From assembly GCA_041538025.1 (NCBI GenBank), contig JBGOEV010000001.1, positions 14,205 through 78,204 on the forward strand: a stretch of 64,000 bases of DNA, given 5' to 3'. Source of the stretch: Candidatus Thermosaccharophagus gerlachensis. GTDB taxonomy: Bacteria > Armatimonadota > Fervidibacteria > Fervidibacterales > Thermosaccharophagaceae. Positions within the stretch are counted from its first letter, which is position 1. The number at the start of each line of letters is the position of its first letter. The notes under the pieces were generated by a model. It did not search any database. It saw only the letters and a list, made by a program, of their open reading frames with translations, and was not told the origin of the DNA. Positions 1 to 8,100 of the stretch are shown in pieces. Made by a program: the position numbers and the translations under genes.

Positions 1-2
1 CA

Positions 3-890
3 ATGCCTTCAGGGGAGAAGTTAAAGGAGCCGGGTTATCAAGGGCGTGATGATCCGTTTAGCCCTGTGTATCAGCCGAGGCGAGTGGCGCTCGAACGCTC
101 AAGTAGGGAGCCGATAACGCTTCCACCTCTATCGCCACCTGAAGTGGAAGCACCAAAGAAAGTCCAATGGGGCAATGTTGGAGTGCCGATGTTAAACGTT
201 GATGTGACACCAACAGGTGTTGAATACTGGACTGTTGAAGGCAGGAAGCATCTGCGTGGCAAACGCCCTGAGAAGGAAGAGCGTGCTCACGAACCATTGG
301 AAGCACCTTACCGTATGGCAGGCATATTGATTGATAGTAAGCGTGTTCATGCAATCCTTGAGGCAAACGAGAAGGATCATGGTGTTGTGCGTGCTGGCGA
401 TAGCTTACAGTTGAGCGTGTTGCCTGCAGCTGGTTTAGGAAAAAGCGAAGTAAGGGTTGTGCGAATTGAGCGTGACAAGATGTTGGTTGAGGATGTAGAT
501 GGGCAATTGAAGTATGTAAGGATGCGCCCAGCTGGCGTGAGGGCAATGCCAAGTGGTGTCGCTGGGGCACCAACAGGTGGAGAGATGCCACCAGGCATGT
601 GGGGTGCTCCCGGTGTGATGCCACAACAACCTTGGATGCCACAGCAACCTTGGATGCCACAGCCTGAAGCTGGATGGATACCACAACAACCGCCGGGCGC
701 ACCGATGTGGGGTGCACCAGGTGAATTTCCGCAACCAGAACCTGGATGGATACCACCACAGCAACCCGGCATGCCAATGTGGATGCAACAGCTGGGCGCA
801 CCACAACCGGGTGTTGCACCCGGAGCACGCCCAACTCAACCAGGTGGCAGACGACCATTTATACGCCGACCACAAAGACAAGAGGAGTGA
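3..890 (+). CDS. 5'-truncated ORF: PilP-like secretin-associated protein with a P/Q/W/M-rich low-complexity C-terminus
   Basis: The frame is open from the window edge. The segment YRMAGILIDSKRVHAILEANEKDHGVVRAGDSL...VRVVRIERDKMLVEDVDGQLKYVRM fits the PilP-type pattern (G-I/L...A-x-L...V-x-x-GD-x-L...V-x-x-I...V-x-L). It lies in the same orientation directly upstream of a secretin gene. Confidence 0.45.
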   Translation: MPSGEKLKEPGYQGRDDPFSPVYQPRRVALERSSREPITLPPLSPPEVEAPKKVQWGNVGVPMLNVDVTPTGVEYWTVEGRKHLRGKRPEKEERAHEPLEAPYRMAGILIDSKRVHAILEANEKDHGVVRAGDSLQLSVLPAAGLGKSEVRVVRIERDKMLVEDVDGQLKYVRMRPAGVRAMPSGVAGAPTGGEMPPGMWGAPGVMPQQPWMPQQPWMPQPEAGWIPQQPPGAPMWGAPGEFPQPEPGWIPPQQPGMPMWMQQLGAPQPGVAPGARPTQPGGRRPFIRRPQRQEE

Positions 891-996
891 TGTTTCTAAT
901 TGCGCTTTTGTATGGAACTGTAAGGTTAGCATGCGCGTCTAATTAAGTGGCTTGTAACGAAGTATTTCGTCCATCACAAATGGAGGTGTATAGAAG

Positions 997-1986
997 ATGC
1001 GAAATGTGAAAGTAGCAATGACGGCATGTGCTTTCCTTGTGTTTGCGATATGTGCATTTGCGAGTGCGCAAGTCAAAGGCTTGGATGAAGTGATTGAGGA
1101 AGCTTTTGACTTGCAAGATGCCACACTTCAAGATGCGATTGATGCTCTCTTCAAGGACACAGGTGTAAACTACATGATTGACCAAAGAGTGCAAGGCATG
1201 GTTACATTGAAAGTGAAGGGTTTGCCTCGTCGTCGTGTGCTTGACTTAATTTGTGAGCGTGTTGGTGCTGAATGGGTTGTTGAAGATGGCGTAGTGCGTA
1301 TCCGTCCAAAACAGCAACCTGTTCCTCAACAGCCTGTCGGACCTGGTTTTCAACCTGGTGGTGCACCAGGTCAAGTTCCTATGCCTGGTCAGCCAGTAGG
1401 ACCATTCCCGCCGGGTGCTGTTGCACCAGTTCGCCCAGAGGAGCAAATGGCTCAAATGGGAGGTGCACAAGTTGGTGGTAGGCGAACTGCACCTACTGTT
1501 GGTGGCATACAAACTGCTGAGGAAGCTGAACCGGAAGAATATGTTTGGGCGCGCATTCCGTTGCGCTTCACCGATGCAATAATGGTTGCAGAAATGCTTG
1601 GTGGGCAGGTTATTACACCAACAGGTGGAACATTGGGTGGCGGTGGAGGACGAGGAGGGTTTGGTGGATTTGGTGGACTTGGAGGTTGGGGAGGAGGGCT
1701 TGGTGGCTTTGGTGGATTTGGTGGGCTTGGTGGACTTGGAGGCTGGGGAGGAGGGCTTGGTGGCTTTGGTGGATTTGGTGGGCTTGGTGGACTTGGTGGT
1801 TGGGGAGGAGGCTTTGGCGGGTTTGGTGGGCTTGGCGGACTTGGTGGTTGGGGAGGCGGATTTGGCGGGCTTGGAGGCTGGGGAGGAGGCTTTGGCGGAT
1901 TTGGCGGGCTTGGTGGACTTGGAGGCTGGGGAGGCTTTGGTGGTCGTGGATGGGGCGGATGGGGTGGACGAGGTTGGAGGCGTTAA
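997..1986 (+). CDS. Secreted truncated secretin-N paralog with a 116-aa G/F/L/W/R-only repeat tail
   Basis: Signal peptide MRNVKVAMTACAFLVFAICAFASAQ. The module FDLQDATLQDAIDALFKDTGVNYMID and the module RIPLRFTDAIMVAEMLGGQV are both mirrored in the downstream secretin. The C-terminus consists of GGFGGLGGWGG-type repeats. A GGAGG RBS lies upstream of the ATG. Confidence 0.85.
   Translation: MRNVKVAMTACAFLVFAICAFASAQVKGLDEVIEEAFDLQDATLQDAIDALFKDTGVNYMIDQRVQGMVTLKVKGLPRRRVLDLICERVGAEWVVEDGVVRIRPKQQPVPQQPVGPGFQPGGAPGQVPMPGQPVGPFPPGAVAPVRPEEQMAQMGGAQVGGRRTAPTVGGIQTAEEAEPEEYVWARIPLRFTDAIMVAEMLGGQVITPTGGTLGGGGGRGGFGGFGGLGGWGGGLGGFGGFGGLGGLGGWGGGLGGFGGFGGLGGLGGWGGGFGGFGGLGGLGGWGGGFGGLGGWGGGFGGFGGLGGLGGWGGFGGRGWGGWGGRGWRR
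1636..1983 (+). repeat. In-frame tandem coding repeat with a 57-nt (19-aa) period, encoding GGWGGGLGGFGGFGGLGGL-type units
   Basis: 1687-1743 and 1744-1800 are identical over the first 52 nt. Further degenerate copies run to 1983. The + strand is very G-rich. Confidence 0.9.
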
Positions 1987-2006
1987 TGAGTTTGCAGAGT
2001 TAGGAG

Positions 2007-3764
2007 GTGATGTGGGTGCCCATAAAACGGCTGGCGGCATTAATTGCGTTTGTATCTTTCATTTGCTTCCCATGTGTTGCGTTGTCTGCGGAGTCTGAGG
2101 AAGACCCACTCATAATGCAGATTGAACTTGAAGATGCCACAGTTGCTGATGCATGTCATATGCTCTTTCAACAAACTGATGCGCAATACTACATCACTTT
2201 GGAAGCCCGAAACAGGCGTGTTGGCAGGCTCTCACTCTACAAGAAGAGGCTGAGCGAGGCATTAGATTACATTGTTAAGCCTGCGGGTCTGTATTGGTGG
2301 CGTGACAAAAGTGGTGTCTTCATCATCTCGGAAAAACCACCAGTGCAAGAACAGCCAATAACTCCTCAGGAGAGTCAGCCACAAAAGCTGCAACCAGAGC
2401 CAACAGTCCAAGAAGAGCCAGTAAAGCCGTCACAAGTAGCACCACCCGTAGTTGCTCAGGAGAGTGAGCCACCGCCAGTCCTGCCCAGACTCGTGACAGG
2501 CGAGGAGCTAAGAGAGCGCATACAGCAAGAACAGCAACGCTACACATTTGGTGTGATAAAGCTAAAGTTCCTTGATGCATTCAATGTTGCCCAGATGCTC
2601 GGTGCAAATGTATCTGTGCTTTCACCGATGGATTCAATTCAGCGTGCTTTAGGCAACCAAATGAATATGGTTCTGCCATATCCACCAGCACCTACACTGC
2701 AAATGCTTGAACGACTCGGGATAACAAACATGCTTGGTCTTCAAAGACAGCCTATAGGCATGCAAGGTGGAGTTGGTGGATTAGGTGGTTTTGGTGGGAA
2801 TGTAACTCGCGGTGATTTGTTGCAGGCAATACCGGGTGCAGCTCCCGGAGCCATCCCGGGTGCAGCCCCAGGAGGGGCACCGGGCGGTGTGTTTGCCATA
2901 CCTGGTATCCAGCAAATACTTGTTGTAAGCACTGTTAATGCGCTCATCGTCTATGGCACACCTGAGGCTATTGAACAGCTTCGTCAACTCATTGACCTCA
3001 TTGACATACCGCCAGACCAGATTGAAATTGAATCACAGTTTGTTGCACTACAAAGGAACGCACAGCAAGCTCTCGGAATAAACTGGGCAGTTGGCGGAGA
3101 CGAGGTTATGGTTGCTACATCAGGGATGCCAGGTGGAACACAGTTCACAATTGGGTTTGTGCGTGGCAACCTAAGAGCGACTCTTGGTGTTTTGCTCAGC
3201 CGTGGTGAAGGGAAAGTTCTAAGAGCACCAAGAGTTGTTACAACGAACAACCAGCCAGCACAAATAATGTTCACCACAGTCCAGCCAGTCTTTATGGATA
3301 CGCTTGTCCTTGATCAGTTTGGTAACCCGATTAGAGTTACTCTCCCTGTGCCTTTAGTCATACCTGTTGGCTTCGTTGTGCTTCCGAGAGTAAATGCTGA
3401 TATGAGCGTCTCAATCTTCATTACACCAATCATTTCCGAAGTTACAGGCTATGTAACAAACCCAATTGGTGGCTCAGTGCCAATCTTTACAAGTGCTTCA
3501 ACGACAGCATATCTTACAGTTAGGGATGGAGAGAGCTTCGCTATCGGTGGCTTGACGCGTGGCAGCACAAGCACAGCCATAACGGAAGTGCCATTACTCG
3601 CTCGCTTGCCTATCATAGGCGACCTCTTTAAGGGCACGCAAAAACAGCGCTCGGAAGAGGAAATGATAATTTTCGTCACACCACATGTGATAAGGCTGTG
3701 GCCAGAGTATTCTGAAGAAGCGCTCGGTCTGCGTGTCAGGGGTGGTGCAGCGGGTGGTCCGTAA
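2007..3764 (+). CDS. Secretin (PilQ/GspD family outer-membrane channel)
   Basis: It has a signal peptide. The C-terminal secretin signature is ...APRVVTTNNQPAQI...VRDGESFAIGGL...VPLLARLPIIGDLFKG...EEMIIFVTPHVI. The N-terminal module is IELEDATVADACHMLFQQTDAQYYI. The start is uncertain: GTG 2007, ATG 2010 or GTG 2016, with AGGAGG at 2002-2007. Confidence 0.9.
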   Translation: MMWVPIKRLAALIAFVSFICFPCVALSAESEEDPLIMQIELEDATVADACHMLFQQTDAQYYITLEARNRRVGRLSLYKKRLSEALDYIVKPAGLYWWRDKSGVFIISEKPPVQEQPITPQESQPQKLQPEPTVQEEPVKPSQVAPPVVAQESEPPPVLPRLVTGEELRERIQQEQQRYTFGVIKLKFLDAFNVAQMLGANVSVLSPMDSIQRALGNQMNMVLPYPPAPTLQMLERLGITNMLGLQRQPIGMQGGVGGLGGFGGNVTRGDLLQAIPGAAPGAIPGAAPGGAPGGVFAIPGIQQILVVSTVNALIVYGTPEAIEQLRQLIDLIDIPPDQIEIESQFVALQRNAQQALGINWAVGGDEVMVATSGMPGGTQFTIGFVRGNLRATLGVLLSRGEGKVLRAPRVVTTNNQPAQIMFTTVQPVFMDTLVLDQFGNPIRVTLPVPLVIPVGFVVLPRVNADMSVSIFITPIISEVTGYVTNPIGGSVPIFTSASTTAYLTVRDGESFAIGGLTRGSTSTAITEVPLLARLPIIGDLFKGTQKQRSEEEMIIFVTPHVIRLWPEYSEEALGLRVRGGAAGGP

Positions 3765-3765
3765 T

Positions 3766-3827
3766 GGCTAAGCATGTTAGCCCCTTAATGGCGTCAGATT
3801 ATGACGCTAAACATCACTGACGCTTTT
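3766..3827 (+). terminator. Two short hairpins plus an alternative pairing followed by a T-run, lying between the secretin gene and aroC
   Basis: GGCTAA-gcatg-TTAGCC spans 3766-3782. GCGTCA-gatta-TGACGC spans 3791-3807. A second TGACGC at 3818-3823 is followed by TTTT. The stems are only 6 bp, so this is a weak call. Confidence 0.3.
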
Positions 3828-3858
3828 CACATTGCTCCTCTCATAGGTGGTGTAAGTA

Positions 3859-5079
3859 ATGCCCTTTCGTTTCTTTACGGCTGGGGAGTCACATGGCAAG
3901 TGCCTCATAGCTGTCGTTGATGGCATCCCATCAGGGCTTAGGATATCATGTGAGGACATTAATCGTGAGTTACGCCGACGCCAAGTTGGTTATGGACGCA
4001 GCGAACGAATGAGAATTGAAAGTGATGAAGTTGAGTTGCTTTCCGGGGTCCGCCATGGCAAGACGCTTGGAAGCCCAATAGCAATGCGCATAGTTAACAA
4101 GGACTACGAAAACTGGAAGCTCGTCATGCAACCAGAACCACTTGAAGAACAATTTGACGATGCAACTTTAAGGCGCTTTTTTGTTCCTCGTCCTGGGCAT
4201 GCTGACCTTGCTGGTGCTATCAAATATGCTCACTTGGATGACTTGCGTAATGTGCTTGAGCGGGCGAGCGCAAGGGAAACCGCTGCAAGAGTTGCTGTTG
4301 GAGCAGTTGCAAAGAGGTTGTGCGAGGAAGTTAACATAAGGATATTCAGCCACGTTGTCTCCATTGGGGATGTGAGCGCAAAGGCATATGAAGAGTTGAC
4401 GAACGAAGAAGTCCAAAGGCTCGCTGAATGTTCACAGCTGCGGTGCGCCGATAAGGATGCCGAAGCACGCATGATGGCTCTCATTGATGAGGCTATGAGG
4501 AAAGGCGATAGCGTTGGAGGCGTCTTTGAAGTCGTAGCTGTTGGAGTCCCAATAGGACTTGGAAGCTATTCGCAATGGGATAAGAGGCTTGATGCAAGGC
4601 TGGCATACGCATTCATGAGCATACACGGTGTTAAAGGCGTTGAGGTGGGACTTGGCTTTGAAGCAGCAAGGAAGTTTGGCTCACAGGTGCATGATGAGTT
4701 CCTTGAGCCAACTATTGACAGTGATGGCAATGTGATCTTCCCACGCAGAACAAACAACGCAGGTGGCATTGAGGGCGGGATCAGCAATGGCATGCCCATA
4801 GTGGTGCGCGCTGCTATGAAACCTATTTCAACTCTGAGGAAGCCGTTGCGCTCCTTTGATCTAAACACGCTAAAGCCAGCAGAAGCACATTTTGAGCGAG
4901 CCGATGTTTGTGCTGTTCCAGCTGCAGCAGTTGTAGCTGAAGCTATGATGGCCATAGTGATTGCTGATGCATTGCTTGAGAAGTTTGGCGGAGATAGCAT
5001 TGATGAGCTGAAGCGGAATCTTAAAGCTTATCAAGATTGGCTTTGCTCCGAGTTCAAAAGGCGAGGCACAATAAGTTAG
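3859..5079 (+). CDS. aroC: Chorismate synthase
   Basis: [27 protein letters not shown]..., [13 protein letters not shown] and the [10 protein letters not shown] motifs are classic AroC features. Confidence 0.95.
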   Translation: MPFRFFTAGESHGKCLIAVVDGIPSGLRISCEDINRELRRRQVGYGRSERMRIESDEVELLSGVRHGKTLGSPIAMRIVNKDYENWKLVMQPEPLEEQFDDATLRRFFVPRPGHADLAGAIKYAHLDDLRNVLERASARETAARVAVGAVAKRLCEEVNIRIFSHVVSIGDVSAKAYEELTNEEVQRLAECSQLRCADKDAEARMMALIDEAMRKGDSVGGVFEVVAVGVPIGLGSYSQWDKRLDARLAYAFMSIHGVKGVEVGLGFEAARKFGSQVHDEFLEPTIDSDGNVIFPRRTNNAGGIEGGISNGMPIVVRAAMKPISTLRKPLRSFDLNTLKPAEAHFERADVCAVPAAAVVAEAMMAIVIADALLEKFGGDSIDELKRNLKAYQDWLCSEFKRRGTIS

Positions 5080-5114
5080 GAAGGGGAATCAAAAGGTTAA
5101 GGAGGGTGAGGGAG

Positions 5115-8100
5115 ATGAAAGTGAGGTTGGTGGCTGTTTCTTTTGTGCTGAGCTGTTTAGTGGGATATGTTGCCTTAGCAGCGCCACAGGCAAAAGCAGT
5201 CCTGTTTTCGCTCCCACAAGTTGGCGCTAAAGCCATTTGGGAGGCAGAGCAAGCAGTTAAAGTCACGCCTAAAGATTGGGAAGTCAGAAAAGAGGCGAGG
5301 GCAAGCGGTGGTGCGTATGTTCGTCCGTTGCGCTTTGGGGAAGACGTCATGCTTGAATTCCCTGTAAGCGTCCCTAATGAGACATCGATCATGGTTTATC
5401 CACTTTGGTGGAAGCATGGCGAACGGTTGCCTGCCAGACGCTTCCCATTCCCGCTTGAGGCGAGACCTGGTCCAGATGTGGTAGTGGCAGCGGAGAAGAA
5501 TTTGGTGCTTTTCACAGCACCAGCGAGTGGGCGAATTGGCATTTTTGACACCCTCGCTAAACGCTCAATTGGAGCGATTAATGTTGGCGGTTACATCTCT
5601 GATCTTGTAAGTGATTTGAAGTCGGGCAAATTCTATGCTTCAGATGCGCTTAATGATAGGGTGGTCATTGGTAGCTTGCGCGAATTAAGGGTTGTTGGGG
5701 AGATAAAAACTCCGCAGGCACCATGGGCGTTGGATTTTTCCGATGGCATCCTCTACTGCGTTGCGAGGGAAGGCAGGAGCATCATCGCAGTTGACTCCAG
5801 AAACGACAGAGTTGTGGCTGAGAGGAAATTGGATTGGTCACCAATGGGTGTTGATGCAAGTAGAAAGGAGGAAGTGTTTGTCTGGTTCAAGTCATTTGCA
5901 ATTAACCTTGCAAACATGTCACAAGTTGAGCCCCATTTTGATGTGGACTTACTATCCAGACGAGAATTCATTGAGGTTGGAAGACCAGGAACAGTTGGCG
6001 CAAGGCGCTATTCAAGGAAGCCGGGGGTAATCATCATTGAAGCGTGGACAGACAAGGGCTATGAGCGAAAGGAGATTGATGTTAAGCAGGTGACAGGCGC
6101 TCAAAGCATCGTTAAAGAAGTTACACCACCACTTGTGAATACATCTGGTCCCGATGTCATGTGCTTGGTTGGCAATAGACTCTTCTTCACATCACCTGTG
6201 ACTGGTAAAGTTGGAGTTGTGGACGTAACGAAAGGTATATTGGAAGGAGCTGTTGACATCGGTGGTTATGTTTCCGACATCCTTGCGGATGCGCCGAGGA
6301 ACAGGGTCTTCGTAGCCGATGCAACTAATAACAGGGTCGTTGCGATAGACGCAAAGGATTTGAAAGTTGTCACCTCACTCAATGTTGATAGGATGCCGAT
6401 TATGCTTGAGGCTTTCATACCGCCGGGGTTCCTGCGCGGTTGTCCATTACTGTTATTCGTGGCATGTCATGAGGGTGAATCGGTGGTAACGGTTGACTTA
6501 CCCTCACTTGGAATTCAATCCGTCATTAAAACGCCATTCAAGCCATATCACCTGAGGGTAGTTAATCCACCTGATCCAGGTTGGTGGCCACTAATACCGG
6601 TTGATAGGATACCATTGGTGGCGCTCCGTGCAAGCCTTTTTATCACACCAGCGCCAATCGCACTTAGCAAAGATGGGCTGAAATATCTACGCACATTAGT
6701 GCCAGCACCTTGGTATAGGCGTAGTAGGGTGAGCTTGACTCAGGAAGTGGTTAAAGATGTTGAGAGGGTTATCATGGTTGAAAATAATCACACGGTGCGC
6801 ATTTCCCTGCGGGATGCGCAAGGTAGATGGCTCAGCAATGAATGGTTTGATGTGAGTGACATCACAGATGTTCAGCTTATGCCAGATGATTTGCCAGTGA
6901 CTGCGCGGGATAAGCCTGGCACAATCACGATAGCACTTGATGATGGTAGCGAGTTTAATTGGCAAAGGGGTATATGGCAGACACCAACGCAGGGCATATT
7001 CCTCGTCAACGATACAGACGAGTTCTGGGCATGGAACGCACCCAAGTTTAGGCTCTCACCCGGAAGGCATGTCATAAGGGTTAGAGCATACAGCAAATAT
7101 GCATATATTGATGGCTTGCAAGTCAGAAGGACACTCCATGGTATAGTGCGGATGAATGTTTATGGTCATAGTGAACTCCCTATTGAGCAACGCCGTTATC
7201 AATCCGTCTTTTACGCCGATGAACCAGTTGAGTTGCACATTGAATTGACTAACCTGACGAGGCGCACGCAAAGGCTCAATTTGAATTTCACGATATCTGA
7301 CTACATGGATAGAGAAGTTGTTTCGGGTAATCGTTTCGTTGAGCTTGAGCCGAATGGGAAGAAAGTTGAAGTGATACGCCCTGCGCTGAAGCAGACGGGG
7401 ATATTCTCACTCTTTGTGCGTGTCAGCTCAAGCGATGGGGATTTGTTTGAAAGGCATTATTTTATGCGTCTTCCGCAGTTAACTCGCCCAAGGATGCTAC
7501 TACGGAAAGAACATATCCCAGAGGTTGAAAAACGGATGCAAGGTTACGCGAGGTTGTTTGAGCGCTATTTCCAATGGCTGAGAAGACAATGCGATAGGGA
7601 GGGCTTCCTACCAGCTGGTGTAACGAAAGCCACCTTTGTCCCGAAGTTAGTGGACGGGAAGGGCGGATGGCGTAGGTATGATCTTGGTTGGCGAATGGTT
7701 GCAACTGGCTTTGCTACCTTGTTTGCGCGAGAACCCGAGTTGCGTTCGTTCTTCATGGAGCGAGTTTCTGAGTTGCTTAAGGATGGGCAAGCTGACACAT
7801 ATTGCACATTCCACCATCATGGTCCCTTCTTCCCCGGAGCAGTTGCAATTCTTTTTGACTTTGCTGTCGCATCGATGGGTGATACGCCAGAAGTGCAACG
7901 CATACGTGAATTCTTTAGGGGCTATATAGGCAACATGGATGTTTTCCCTTGGACACTCGCTGCGCTTGATGAACCAATCTCCATCCGTGAGAGAGCTATC
8001 TTGTGGCACATAATGAGTTGGTTGGTCAATGTTGAAAGATACTTTAGCACACATGCTGGCACTCGTGGTGGCACAAGGTGGCTCAACCCAAGGACTGGCT

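Noticed and set aside
58-946. Several long ORFs overlap ORF 3-890 on the minus strand and in other plus frames (58-858, 377-772, 435-932, 712-942, 746-946).
   Set aside because: They are shadows of the Pro/Gln/Trp-rich repetitive coding sequence. Stop codons are depleted in all frames of such biased sequence. Their products are Cys/His/Trp-rich nonsense, and they have no RBS or motifs.
1636-1983. The regular direct repeats could be mistaken for a CRISPR array or a non-coding satellite.
   Set aside because: There are no unique spacers. The repeats are contiguous, in-frame (57 nt is 19 codons) and part of a signal-peptide-bearing ORF. The many G-runs could form two-tetrad G-quadruplexes, but I cannot evaluate their stability, so I make no G4 claim.
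1246-2098. Long alternative-frame ORFs run across the Gly-repeat region (1246-2040 minus, 1545-2003 plus, 1586-2098 plus).
   Set aside because: They are artefacts of the GGN-rich tandem repeat. Only the frame starting at 997 has a signal peptide, an RBS and homology to the neighbouring secretin.
5037-5114. Upstream extension of the giant lyase ORF, overlapping the end of aroC.
   Set aside because: The ATG at 5115 is preceded by GGAGGG and begins a canonical signal peptide. The extension is a basic, low-information peptide overlapping aroC.
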